The notes beneath the pieces are model-generated. The model was not told where the DNA came from, ran no database searches, and worked only from the letters and a program-made list of their open reading frames with translations. Positions 18,092 through 28,528 of a stretch of DNA of 64,000 nucleotides are shown piece after piece (positions within the stretch are counted from its first letter, which is position 1; each line of letters starts with the position of its first letter). The stretch is from the IMG/VR virus record IMGVR_UViG_3300006928_000001, positions 32,001 through 96,000 of that record; one strand, given 5' to 3'. Both the position numbers and the translations under genes were made by a program. Origin of the DNA: a virus.

Positions 18092-18574
18092 TTATCCTGT
18101 GATTCCAGACCTGTGAGCTCGACTGTTTTCGATGTGACGCCAAGATACGTACCGTGCTAACTTAGCATCTTGTGGTGCTACATTTATTTGATTCTCGACA
18201 AAGATTCGATACGCATCGATAACATATTGACTGTTACCATCAATCTCTGGAGGTCGTAGCCCCATGATCCATTGTCTAGACATTTCTACGATTTCTTTTG
18301 TACGCTTATGGTGAGACCCTAGAGGTCTGAGATACCGTGCCATCCGTCTGTGCGCGTCAGACGGCGCGAAGGCTACATTATGCGCTCGTGGCCAATCAAT
18401 GAGAAACTTCCATATAGCTTCGTCATTGAGTATCATGCTAGCCAGTACTACTCGCCAACTATGCTCGTCTTCATCTTCGCCACCTACCATTTCCTGCGGT
18501 AGTAGAAGTGGGCTTTCAGGGTACCCTCGGTTCTCAACTTGGAGGAGCAAGTATTCAAACTCGTAGTCAATCAC
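18092..18574 (-). CDS. MBD4-like HhH DNA glycosylase
   Basis: LPQE...SWRVVLASMILN, WKFL..WP, LRPLG...R, DAYRIF, PQDAKLARY; collinear with the MBD4 catalytic domain. Confidence 0.75.
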   Translation of the reverse strand: MIDYEFEYLLLQVENRGYPESPLLLPQEMVGGEDEDEHSWRVVLASMILNDEAIWKFLIDWPRAHNVAFAPSDAHRRMARYLRPLGSHHKRTKEIVEMSRQWIMGLRPPEIDGNSQYVIDAYRIFVENQINVAPQDAKLARYVSWRHIENSRAHRSGITG

Positions 18575-18690
18575 GTTTCTGACTCAGTACAGGAGTAGAT
18601 TCTAGTCGAGCGATTTCGTTGTTAATTTTACGCAGTTCCTCTTCAAGCTTACGTTTCTTTTGATGAAGAAGCATTAAACGTTGATTATGT

Positions 18691-20829
18691 TCATCCACCG
18701 ATGAGGAATGCATGGGCCTCTCCAATAATATCTTCGATAGCGATGTTCCCGACGAATGTATCACCAGTGGGGCTAGTACCACTAGTAGCATCTCGGTAGA
18801 ATCGAATCCACAACTTGTCTCCAGGCACGAACGATGAGATGTCGAGCTCGAACTCTGTACGCTGGAGCACGTCATCATCAGCGGGAACAATGGCTGTGAT
18901 CTCGGTGATCGTGTCGATGGCCACACCAGAACCATCGATTGTATCTCCGATTCGAGCTCGGCCATACTCGATGGACAGCGCAACGTTACCGGTGGCTGAC
19001 GCCCGGGGAAGCCAGTCGATCCGGAACCGAGCTTTAATTGCTGTGTTCACCCAATTTGGCATGATGACCTTGGCACCACGGGCGTCTACCTGACCATTGT
19101 TGTACGAGTTGTCGCCTGGAGAGAGCGATGTCGTCGAGCTATACGCGATGTTGTTGTTACCAGGGCTTGTCGATGTGTTGACTGTGTCGGCGAAACGGAT
19201 CAGAGTCCGCCACTGTTGGAGAAGCCCGTAGAGTTTGGCCCCCACCTGATCCGCGGCCAGACGGCTCGTGCCGATCTCGCATCGGCTGAACTCCATGGGA
19301 GTTGTGAACGTGGTGGCCGGTCGAACTGACAGCCAGTAGTACTCCTGACTGTTATGTGTATCAGCATCCCAGTCGTCAAAAGCCGTTGCATGGTGGTCTA
19401 GATGCTGTGCAACCCGCGTTGACGTATCGTCTTTGAATACATCGTTTCCGACTGGGTCGACGCCTCGAACCAGACTGGCGTCCATGACGTCGATCTCGTT
19501 CCAGCCGCTAGCACCGTCGGACAGTTCGATCACTACGTCTCCGGAACCTAGTGCCGTAGCCAGAGCGTACACCCAGTTCGTGAACTTGCCAAACTTGTAA
19601 CCAATGAGAATTCGGTCATTGGTGTCACCGGGATGCACTACGTTGGTACCATCACTGACGTTGGCTGTGACGTCGGTGTAGACACCAGAGCCTCCTCCAG
19701 CGCTGTCGTCGTACGAGAGGACCACCATGTTCTCGACGCCGGGTGCACCCTCGACAGCATAGAAGTTCTGCGGGTTTCTGGGTGCACCATGACTGAATCG
19801 ACCACCTGCGCGTGTAGTTGGCGGGTTTACCACACCTTCGTCGAAGTAGAATACCCGCAGATCGTCACCAAGACCGGACACGAACGAAGCTGGGACGTCG
19901 ATCTGCTCGCGCCGCATCTCCATGCTGGTGAGCGAAAGAATGGAGCCACTATACGCTGGGCCATCATCTGCTGTGAAGTCATTGGCCGTTCCGTGGAGAC
20001 GACCGCCGTTCATGACCATCGTGAATGGTCCGTCGCCGAAGTGAACCGCGTTGTTAATTCCACCACCACCATTCGGTGTGATGATTTTGACATCGACATA
20101 CGCTCCGGCAGAACCACTGTCGAACACAAAGACAGTGTCGGTGATCGTCATGGCAGGGCCACAGTCGATGGTACCTGGTCCTGTCACGTTTGCGTCTGTG
20201 TTGAGATTGATTCCCTTCGCCAAAGAGCCGTTGTTGAAGTTGATGCCTCCAGCGAGAACTCGCACGTTTCCGTCGTTCACCTCGATACCAGCCACAGCTG
20301 CCGAACCACTGTTGAACGACAATTGGTTGACAACCAAAGCATTGGTGTTCTCGGCTCTGACGCCTTCACCACCACCGGTGGGGACTTGGCAGACTACTCG
20401 AGTCAGAAACGAGTTCGCTCCCTGTGTTAGAATCGAAGGGGACGAACCGTCAGCACCACCATTGACACGAATGTCCTGGATGCTGCTGTTATTGTTCAGC
20501 GTGATTGTTGGGCCAGTACCATCACCTTCGATGACCGTGGCACTGATAAGTGTCGCGGCCATGATCTTGACACCAGCAGGTGTGTCGACACCAGACCCCA
20601 CGTTAAAAGTACTCGGCCCAAGTACGACCACGTCACCTGATGTTGCGTCTTGAAACGCTTCGGCAATCGTGTCGTAACTTTCCTGCGTAGTAGCCGTCAG
20701 AAGGTTTACACCAACAAACGAATTGATGTCGTCCAACGCGGCGTTGACTGCCGTGTACCATGCCCACTCAAGTTCTAGATGCTCAGCAACCAAATCAATG
20801 TCTGAATATGGACGTGCTGCGTCAATCAT
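18691..20829 (-). CDS. virion-like protein with parallel beta-helix (pectin-lyase-like) region, possible tailspike/fibre
   Basis: YDTIAEAFQDATSGDVVVLGPSTF cap motif followed by G/N/T/V-rich repeats; GAGG SD favours ATG at 20829. Confidence 0.6.
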   Translation of the reverse strand: MIDAARPYSDIDLVAEHLELEWAWYTAVNAALDDINSFVGVNLLTATTQESYDTIAEAFQDATSGDVVVLGPSTFNVGSGVDTPAGVKIMAATLISATVIEGDGTGPTITLNNNSSIQDIRVNGGADGSSPSILTQGANSFLTRVVCQVPTGGGEGVRAENTNALVVNQLSFNSGSAAVAGIEVNDGNVRVLAGGINFNNGSLAKGINLNTDANVTGPGTIDCGPAMTITDTVFVFDSGSAGAYVDVKIITPNGGGGINNAVHFGDGPFTMVMNGGRLHGTANDFTADDGPAYSGSILSLTSMEMRREQIDVPASFVSGLGDDLRVFYFDEGVVNPPTTRAGGRFSHGAPRNPQNFYAVEGAPGVENMVVLSYDDSAGGGSGVYTDVTANVSDGTNVVHPGDTNDRILIGYKFGKFTNWVYALATALGSGDVVIELSDGASGWNEIDVMDASLVRGVDPVGNDVFKDDTSTRVAQHLDHHATAFDDWDADTHNSQEYYWLSVRPATTFTTPMEFSRCEIGTSRLAADQVGAKLYGLLQQWRTLIRFADTVNTSTSPGNNNIAYSSTTSLSPGDNSYNNGQVDARGAKVIMPNWVNTAIKARFRIDWLPRASATGNVALSIEYGRARIGDTIDGSGVAIDTITEITAIVPADDDVLQRTEFELDISSFVPGDKLWIRFYRDATSGTSPTGDTFVGNIAIEDIIGEAHAFLIGG

Positions 20830-20874
20830 TGTAGTAGCCTCGTGTGTTATATTGAGGCTACTACAGTTGTTCAA
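20830..20874 (-). promoter_or_regulatory. promoter overlapped by a 12-bp hairpin that sequesters the RBS
   Basis: TTGAAC-N17-TATAAC; perfect inverted repeat TGTAGTAGCCTC/GAGGCTACTACA (20830-20841, 20854-20865). Confidence 0.7.
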
Positions 20875-20889
20875 TGAATACCAATCGAT

Positions 20890-21081
20890 TTAATCGTCTG
20901 TCACCGCAGCAGCCACAAGCATTACGAACGTGTGTAAGACCGCTACCATAACCAATACGACTGTTACAATCGTCATGACAATTGAGACTACTACCATTGC
21001 AGCTCGTATTATGAGGTCCATAGGATCAAACGTCCAAACGTCCAAGTCCGGTGGTTCGGAGTCATTCGAAGTCGTGGGCAT
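20890..21081 (-). CDS. small membrane protein
   Basis: Hydrophobic stretch of about 35 aa. Confidence 0.5.
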   Translation of the reverse strand: MPTTSNDSEPPDLDVWTFDPMDLIIRAAMVVVSIVMTIVTVVLVMVAVLHTFVMLVAAAVTDD

Positions 21082-21211
21082 GGCACCTTCGTGGCATCTA
21101 GGGTAGTTTACAATTGCCGAATTAGTTCGGGGCCCGAGCTTGGTGGGACGGGCCGTCGTGGGCTGTAGTAACTGGGTACCCCTTTCCCCGGCTGCTATGG
21201 CCCACGGCCGT

Positions 21212-21730
21212 CTACAGAGTGTTGTTCCTTAGTTCACGCCACATTCTAAGTACATGACGAGCATGCCGTAGAATTTGAACGTTGTCCAAATGAGCAATCC
21301 ACAATGACCAAGATTTATCGTACCTGACCGAGTGCTTGACAATTTCGTCTGGTGTCAAGTTCTTTGTACCAATTTGAGACATGACGTCTCGACCGCACAC
21401 GTGTGGGTTATTAGCGTATTGTGCCGTTGCCTTCATGACAGCTGCAACAGTAGCTTCAGACCCTTCCGGTGAAAGAAGTCTTTCTACCGCTTCGGTACGA
21501 ATCAGAATCTCACGCCTGAAATCTGCTTCGATCCGTGAAAGTTTGACGATCTGTTCTACATCTGGGAACTTGTCGCAGATATTTTCTGCTGCCTCTTGCC
21601 AGACCGCGTCTAGCCAATCTTCAAACTGACTTGGTGGCATGTCTCCACTGTACCTGTACCAAACCGCACGAAGCAGGTATGAGCAGCAGACTTCTTCTAC
21701 GTAATTTTCAAGTTGCTTGAGTGTGGACAT
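21212..21730 (-). CDS. hypothetical protein
   Basis: ORF on the operon strand. Confidence 0.55.
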   Translation of the reverse strand: MSTLKQLENYVEEVCCSYLLRAVWYRYSGDMPPSQFEDWLDAVWQEAAENICDKFPDVEQIVKLSRIEADFRREILIRTEAVERLLSPEGSEATVAAVMKATAQYANNPHVCGRDVMSQIGTKNLTPDEIVKHSVRYDKSWSLWIAHLDNVQILRHARHVLRMWRELRNNTL

Positions 21731-21732
21731 CG

Positions 21733-22593
21733 TTAACACCCCATCCGAATTTCAGCCATTCGCTCTGCGTGATGCGCCGCTTCATCCGCAGCCATTTCAT
21801 TACGCCAGGTGAGCCATGCGTCGTACATCGGCTTGTCATCTGGATGAATAGCTGACTCTACCACAGCGATGTCATGGCCACCACCATTACAGCTGTAGCA
21901 GCGAACGTCGAAAACACCACTGAAGTAGTTATCGCGAAAGCCGGGGTCTTCATCGAACTCGCGAGACGAGATACCGCCAGCATCTACACTGGGGTTTACG
22001 TGAGTGCCCTTACCACCGCACGTCTCGCATGGAACACGCTTGACTGGCAGTACCATCTTGCGGAAAGGCCTGTACTCTCTGTCTTCCATGTCAGGGTCAG
22101 GCTTCTCTTCGTCTAGACGTACGAGAACTGAGGACTTTCCGTCGATGCACCACGAATCGTTACACTTTTCCTTACGAAAATTTTCGGGGCTCGTTTCAAA
22201 CTCGCTTTGATAATTAGCCCACATCGGGTCGGTGGGGGTTCCATCTGCACGGAGTGTAACGCCTTGCCACTCTTTATGCCGATACATAACCCTGTGACCT
22301 TTACACTTCTGACAAGGCTTGTCGATTGGTTGACGTTCCATGGAGATTACTGGCCGACCTCCAGCCTCGAAGTCTTCGGGGTCATAACCTGCGTCAGCCA
22401 GCAGCTGGTAGTCTGCAGTTGGGACCCTGACTACCGCTTCAGTAGGTCCCTTCTCGTTATCGAGGCCGATGTACCAAGCTTCCTTGCCAAGGGCAAGTAC
22501 CCGGCGGTCATTGTGGTAATTGACGTTCTCGAGTGTACTATGCATTTGTAAGCTCCCAATCAGTGATTCTGATATCAGAACTACCACGGACAA
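21733..22593 (-). CDS. DnaJ-type zinc-finger (CxxCxGxG) protein
   Basis: CQKCKGH, CETCGGKG, CYSCNGGG; start uncertain (probably MHSTL). Confidence 0.6.
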   Translation of the reverse strand: MSVVVLISESLIGSLQMHSTLENVNYHNDRRVLALGKEAWYIGLDNEKGPTEAVVRVPTADYQLLADAGYDPEDFEAGGRPVISMERQPIDKPCQKCKGHRVMYRHKEWQGVTLRADGTPTDPMWANYQSEFETSPENFRKEKCNDSWCIDGKSSVLVRLDEEKPDPDMEDREYRPFRKMVLPVKRVPCETCGGKGTHVNPSVDAGGISSREFDEDPGFRDNYFSGVFDVRCYSCNGGGHDIAVVESAIHPDDKPMYDAWLTWRNEMAADEAAHHAERMAEIRMGC

Positions 22594-23055
22594 TCACACA
22601 ATCGTACAATCGTCCATTGATAGTCAGGTTTACGTTGAATTCTTCAATGAGTTTTGAGTCCTCGTCATAGGAACACCCCCAACTATCTTGAAAGAAGAAG
22701 TTCACTACTACATGAAGCTCTTCTTCCTGAATGCCTCTGTTGATGAGATGTTGAAGACGGGACAGGGCTGTGAGGTTATCCATTGATCTTCTCATCAACA
22801 TCTAGTTTGTCTGTGCGAAAACAGTTTTCACGAGTATATAGTTCAGGATTTTCAAGCCAATCGAGTACGTCATTTGACCAGTGCATCATCAGGTAAGTCG
22901 GATACCAAAGACGAGCATCTATTTCAGGGTGCTTCTCAAAAGCATCAAGCATGAGTGCTTGTGCTTGATGACCTCTAGTATCGATCTTGGCTTGTTCACA
23001 GTACTGCATGAATGTATGTACGATCTTCTTTAGCTGTTCTACAGTCATTGTAATC

Positions 23056-23472
23056 TCACTTCTGCTTTTCATCCTTAATCACGATGCCAGCAGCTCTAGC
23101 TGCAGCTTTTGCCATTGTTCGCATCGATTGTTCCATTTGAATTACACGGTTCTCCATTTTGTCGATGCCAATCTCTGGAGACCCGTCAAGATTGAAGTTT
23201 CTAACGTTGCGTTCTGCTTCAGACGCACAAATCCAATGACAAATTTCATGAAGCATGTCATCGGCATTCATCACAGGAAACTCATCTTCTCCACTATTAC
23301 GCCTATTAGGCTTCTTGATCATCCATTTACCAAATCCGTCGTAGTAGTAGTCATTACCGCCCCATTCAGACGTGACGTATTTGATGTTTTCTCGTTGGTA
23401 TGAAGGTTCCCATTCGATAGTGAAACCCATGGATACCCACAACTCCATGACGATCCAGCGGTACAGATTCAT
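23056..23472 (-). CDS. HExxH-containing hypothetical protein
   Basis: MLHEICHWI. Confidence 0.45.
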   Translation of the reverse strand: MNLYRWIVMELWVSMGFTIEWEPSYQRENIKYVTSEWGGNDYYYDGFGKWMIKKPNRRNSGEDEFPVMNADDMLHEICHWICASEAERNVRNFNLDGSPEIGIDKMENRVIQMEQSMRTMAKAAARAAGIVIKDEKQK

Positions 23473-24209
23473 TCCGGATACCCCACAGTAATGTAGTCAC
23501 GCAACTCAGTAAGCATATTAACCACAGTCTTATCATCCTCACTGGACTTATACGCCAGCTCAAGAGACTTGACTGCGTCAAGCAGATGAGACCTTGGATT
23601 CTCGGGTAGACCATCTTCAGGAATACCGGCTACAAATGCAAGTTCTTCGAAGGTTAGGTCAATTCCGTGGCTGCTGAAACTATCGTAGATGAAATCAGCC
23701 GGTGACCCTACACAGCAAATCATATCGGCGAGCTGGTACATGATCTCGTTATCTTTGAGACCAGTCCATCGATAGCCGATAGTCATGTCAATTGTATCGC
23801 CTCCACAGATACCAAGTGTATCAGCATGGATTTGAAGTCCAATCTCACAAAGCTCATTTGCCCGTTCTTCAGTGAGTTTAAACGGTCTGCCCTGTGGCAA
23901 GTCGTTGAACGCGCGTACCAAATCGATGATTGGTACGACACCGTTAATAGACATACGTCCCTCGATCTGAATCGTGTCGTCACCAGACACAATTGTAACA
24001 TTGGCTACAGACCGAGCGACTAGAATTGCGGACGGGTTGTTCGGGTCAGCAAAATCTAGTTCTTCAATGGTGATAGCCACAACATTTCCGTACTCAGCTT
24101 CCTCAAAGCTAAGCGTCAGACCAAACTCATCCATGAGGTCTGTAGCAGACATTCCGATGTAACGCGAGTGAAGGTTCATCGCGACAAAAGCATTGAGCAA
24201 AGGGTCCAT
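23469..24209 (-). CDS. hypothetical protein
   Basis: 246 aa; coupled start/stop with neighbours. Confidence 0.6.
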   Translation of the reverse strand: MDPLLNAFVAMNLHSRYIGMSATDLMDEFGLTLSFEEAEYGNVVAITIEELDFADPNNPSAILVARSVANVTIVSGDDTIQIEGRMSINGVVPIIDLVRAFNDLPQGRPFKLTEERANELCEIGLQIHADTLGICGGDTIDMTIGYRWTGLKDNEIMYQLADMICCVGSPADFIYDSFSSHGIDLTFEELAFVAGIPEDGLPENPRSHLLDAVKSLELAYKSSEDDKTVVNMLTELRDYITVGYPE

Positions 24210-24799
24210 TAGTCAATGTCCTCTTCAAAAATCACGAAATCGGCTGGGTAACCTGGAAACGATTCGTACACCGTAATTCGCGTACTAGATTGAAACGCGT
24301 TGAAATCGTTGCTGTGTAGTAGTTGGATAACCTCGTCGTTACATGCTGGTGCCTCAATCGCGATGTCTGGTCCATCTTCGAAGTGTGAATCAGCTGGGAC
24401 TTCGAAGACGTGCTGTGTAGTGAAGGTGTACTCAACTAGGAGCCTTGCAGGAGGTGCGTTTTTTTCAGGAACTTCAAGTGTGCACTTGTTGGGGTGACCG
24501 TCTACCACATTGATGTTGTACGTAGTTGACATGCGGTTAAACGTAACCTGCCAACAATAATCTGTGAATGGGCTAATGCTTAATGTAAGTTCTGCGGACG
24601 TTACCGGCTTGGCTGGATCATTCGTGAGTAACTGTAGATGCGCGCTTGGGAACAGGTAATTAACAACGGTCTTGAAATCTTCGTCTGTATGTTCAAGACT
24701 AACCCACCATTTGTGTAGTTTGGCTAGATGATCTTTATCATCTTGATTGATTAGGTCATCAAACATTTCGATTAGCTTGAGCTTGTCCATACTACTCAT
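24209..24799 (-). CDS. hypothetical protein
   Basis: 196 aa; TAATG coupling. Confidence 0.6.
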   Translation of the reverse strand: MSSMDKLKLIEMFDDLINQDDKDHLAKLHKWWVSLEHTDEDFKTVVNYLFPSAHLQLLTNDPAKPVTSAELTLSISPFTDYCWQVTFNRMSTTYNINVVDGHPNKCTLEVPEKNAPPARLLVEYTFTTQHVFEVPADSHFEDGPDIAIEAPACNDEVIQLLHSNDFNAFQSSTRITVYESFPGYPADFVIFEEDID

Positions 24800-25171
24800 T
24801 GAGTCACTTCCTTCTGTGAAGTCAAGAACTTCATGATGGCATCGTACTCAAGCTCTGAGATAACGCCATCATCGTAATTATTCATCGTCAATTCTTCGAG
24901 AAGAGTTAAGACGTCAATTTCCATACGTCACACCTTCCAAGAGGTTTCCGTCCTCATCATACTCTGCATCATCATTGACTGGTTCATCAAGGCTAGAGGT
25001 GAGTCGATGCTCAGCAAACGAAATCACGGCCAGTGCTGCTCCATACTCTTCGCTCGTCAAGTACCCGTTTTCTAGGTCAGAACCCAACGCTGACTGAAGT
25101 ACGAAGATTGCCTCAGCCCATGTCTTTCTGTTCTTCATGTTGGCCATCCTCAGCATGCACCTTATGCATGG

Positions 25172-25203
25172 ACACCCACTTGTCAGAATTGACGAGTGGG
25201 TGT
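25172..25203. terminator. 14-bp stem-loop downstream of the 25223 gene
   Basis: acacccacttgtca-gaat-tgacgagtgggtgt; U-tract is weak on the coding strand. Confidence 0.45.
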
Positions 25204-25222
25204 TTCGGCCTTTAAGTGAACT

Positions 25223-25840
25223 TCAGGCAGCTTCGCTCTTAGCCTCAACGATCTTCTTCGCAATCGTCTCAGGCTTCCAGCGGGTAGTGGCCTTGATGCC
25301 AAGTGCACCAGCCATTTCTACGAGGGTCTCATGGTCGTTACCCTCCACCAGGAGAGCAACGGTCAACTCAGGTGCATCCTTGGCCTCTTCCAAGTCTGCC
25401 TGGACCTCTTCCTTCTGACGAGTCTTACGCACCGCGTGCGGAATCGGCGGAAGGTCTTCACGAAGACCCTTCAGTCGACCGTGCCTGGCGTGGCTCATGT
25501 AGTGCTTACCATGTCGGTCACTGATGTTAGCGTTCGGGAACGCATTCGACAAAGCAGTAGTCAGGTTGCTGTCATTGAACGGGACCCCCTCGCCGATAGT
25601 GAGGTTGATAAGCACCGCAGCAAAGTGACCCTGGGTCGAGATACCCTGCATCCGGAGGTAAGCTTCCGCTCGATCCTCTTCCGTAGAGCCCTTAGTGACA
25701 GCAATGTTGGACTTCTCCAGCTCACTGTCGATGGTAGAGAGCTCCACAACGGACGTCATGACAGTGGCCGCTGCTCGGACGTCAAAGAAACGGGCGTTCT
25801 TGTTGTTGGTGTTAGCGTCAGACATGATGATTCCCCTCAT
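25223..25840 (-). CDS. probably highly expressed protein with C-terminal Rho-N/HeH-like helical domain
   Basis: Own promoter and 3' hairpin; C-terminal LVEMAGALGIKATTRWKPETIAKKI. Confidence 0.6.
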   Translation of the reverse strand: MRGIIMSDANTNNKNARFFDVRAAATVMTSVVELSTIDSELEKSNIAVTKGSTEEDRAEAYLRMQGISTQGHFAAVLINLTIGEGVPFNDSNLTTALSNAFPNANISDRHGKHYMSHARHGRLKGLREDLPPIPHAVRKTRQKEEVQADLEEAKDAPELTVALLVEGNDHETLVEMAGALGIKATTRWKPETIAKKIVEAKSEAA

Positions 25841-25892
25841 CGTGGCCCGGTGGATGATGGAGAAGGAGTGGGCCTTGCCCCTTCCCTAGATT

Positions 25893-25921
25893 AGTATACC
25901 TCTCTTTGTGGGAGAAGTACA
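25893..25921 (-). promoter_or_regulatory. sigma70-like promoter
   Basis: TGTACT-N17-TATACT. Confidence 0.55.
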
Positions 25922-27164
25922 TAGGAAAATGCATCTAAGATGCCGTTAGTTCCACCTCTCAGGAAGCTTCATGTTCCACAAGGCGTCAAGTCCGATCTCG
26001 ATCGCTTCCAGATGGTCATCAAGAGTACGCAAGTCATTAATATTGATCTCAACGCACTGACGTTCGAAGATGATTTCGCCACTGTGTACAGTAATGTCAC
26101 CAGTTCCACTATCGGGGAAGACGAGACCGCCACAGGCGCTGTGCGCATAGTGTGCCCAAGAAATTAAGTCATTTTCTTGACGCAAACTACTCCACTTTCC
26201 GTCAGCATAACTCTCAATACTAGGAAAGATGGCGTCGTAGTTGATATCTTCATCATCGGTTGGCACGTTGGTACTCCATAGCTTCTTCGTAAGCCTTAGT
26301 CATTTCTTCTTTAGACAGATCCGTTCTAAGCCAGAGGCCATCGCCAACATACATGTATTTGCTGTAATCGACGCGATCGTTGTTCATACCGAAGATATAC
26401 CAACCTCGAGGCTTATTATCTTCAGGATAATCTGTCTTGTCAGATACCAGTTCGGTATCAATTGGAGACATATACTCCAGTCCAGCTTCAACAAACAGTC
26501 TACATGCTTCTTTCTGCATGTCAGTCAAGTTGTCAGCCATGACGTCCCCATCAACTACTTTGCCGACCAGCAAGCCAGCTTCAGCCCATGTGATGTTGGT
26601 TTTCATAGTGATTGACTCACACGAAATTCAGGGTTAGCCTCGTCTCCAACGTTGTCTTCAGCTGGAATTTCCCATTCCACGGGATAGTGGATTTCATCCA
26701 GTGGGGGCTGATAGACGAGAATGAAGTAGGTACCCCATTTTGGGTCCTTAGACCTATCGAAGAGAACACAAGTCTCACCAAGTGGTGTGGTAGCATAAAA
26801 GATTGGGAAATCTTTCGTACCTTCGTACACCTCCATTGCATGGCGAGCGAAATCGTTGATCTCTCCTCTGGAGGGCTCGAATGTGATGGTGTTCATTCCG
26901 GCCTCTTAACATTCCAAACGCCAATAGCGAATGCGTACATGTCTGGAACATTGATGAGCATCTCGTAGAACCGTTCAACCAGTTCCTTCTCTTCAGGCTC
27001 GCAGTGGTCATACAGGCGACCAGCGTCGTAGCACAGTTCGACGATAGCTTCTTCGTCGTCAGGATCATCCATGAATGGGATACAGTCGGCAGCGATGTAT
27101 TGCCATGCTTTGTACATGATTCGATGCATGGTCCAAGCTTCACCGGGTGTTAGCTCAAGTACCA

Positions 27165-27533
27165 TTACTTCTTCGGCTCCAGCTTGATGACGTTGCCAGA
27201 CCTGGTGTTGTATGGCTTGTTAGGGATAAGATGGTCTTCGCTGTAGTTAAACGTCACGAAAGACTCCCAGGGAATCTTGACCCTGTACAGCTTGTCGAAG
27301 CTCACAAAAGCGTGAAAGTAGGTGTCATCGGTCTTAACTTCCATGCCCTGGTGGACGTTGTCGTTAGAGAAGTCGAATCGAAGACCAACAAGAGCACGTC
27401 GCTCACGGTGCGCTTTGACAACATTCTCCGGAAGTCCAGTTTCCGCGCTACTCAGAAAGGGAGAAACCAGGACAGTACAATCAGCATGTGCTTCGTACGC
27501 CCCATCAATCAGCACCTTGAAAAAGTTCACCAT
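27165..27533 (-). CDS. SspB-like (ClpXP specificity adaptor) protein
   Basis: GLP...LRFDFS...MEV.TDD...AFVSFD...VKIPWES pattern and C-terminal NVIKL..KK tail. Confidence 0.5.
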   Translation of the reverse strand: MVNFFKVLIDGAYEAHADCTVLVSPFLSSAETGLPENVVKAHRERRALVGLRFDFSNDNVHQGMEVKTDDTYFHAFVSFDKLYRVKIPWESFVTFNYSEDHLIPNKPYNTRSGNVIKLEPKK

Positions 27534-28030
27534 ACCGACACCTCCTCATCATCCAGATAGTCTGGTTCCAAACCGAAGACGCTTTGCATCGCTTCTTCTA
27601 GTTGAAACAATCCAGTAGCTCCTTCAATTTGTTCTTTATACTCAGCGATCATGTCATCAACAACACTGTCATCAACATCATCGCGGTTCTTGATTAATTC
27701 ACGTAGACTCAATTTCAACCCACCTACCAAAGCAGTTATTCTCGTTATGCCTGGACCCAGGCACATTCTTTTCGACGACCTTGCAGTCATCACACCGGCA
27801 TAGTACGTCAAGGTGGGCAGATTGATGCCGCCGAATACGAACGGAAGTACCATAAGCACCAATCTGACCACGAATGACGAAGTTTCGCATCGGGAAGTAT
27901 TCCCGACCGATTAGGTCTGCACACTTTGGGCAGTAGAACAGACCCGTGATACTATTCCAGCAACGTGGATCAGCGGAGTTGTGACAGGCTTCACGACCAC
28001 AACGAAGCCAGGCTTCATCACTTGGATTGC

Positions 28031-28528
28031 TCATTGTGGGTTCACCTCTATCGGAAAATAAACCGTTTTACGAGCTACACCTTCAGCACGGATTTTGCCA
28101 CTATTCTTCAGTGTCAACGCGAACTTTTGGAACCGCTTGGACTCCAGACCCATGATCTCACGATAAGTCTTGGGTGAGCAACCTGGATGTTCTCTTACGA
28201 GCCGAAGTAGTTGCTGTGTACGAGTCTCTTTCTTCGGTACAGACAGATTTCCGGAAAGCTCAGGCTCAAGAAACGCCAGTAGCACACCAGATTGACTAAA
28301 GTCGAGCCTCAGCTGGTACTTCGGATTGCCTTCGTTCATATCATGGAATCCAGCAGCCAGACCCTTGGAATCTGGGCGTGCCATGACATAGTTAGGTCGT
28401 GACGGTTCTGGTTCATACATCACTACCGTGACAATTTTGCGGTCAGCTTCCTCAGCAAGTTTCTCGATGACTTGACCGATAAGGAATGACTCATGGTTTT
28501 CAGAACCCTTAATGATGAGTTTGCTCAC
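28031..28528 (-). CDS. protein with C-terminal winged-helix DNA-binding domain
   Basis: LLRLVREHPG...IMGL...LKNSGKIRAEGVARKTVYF. Confidence 0.55.
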   Translation of the reverse strand: MSKLIIKGSENHESFLIGQVIEKLAEEADRKIVTVVMYEPEPSRPNYVMARPDSKGLAAGFHDMNEGNPKYQLRLDFSQSGVLLAFLEPELSGNLSVPKKETRTQQLLRLVREHPGCSPKTYREIMGLESKRFQKFALTLKNSGKIRAEGVARKTVYFPIEVNPQ

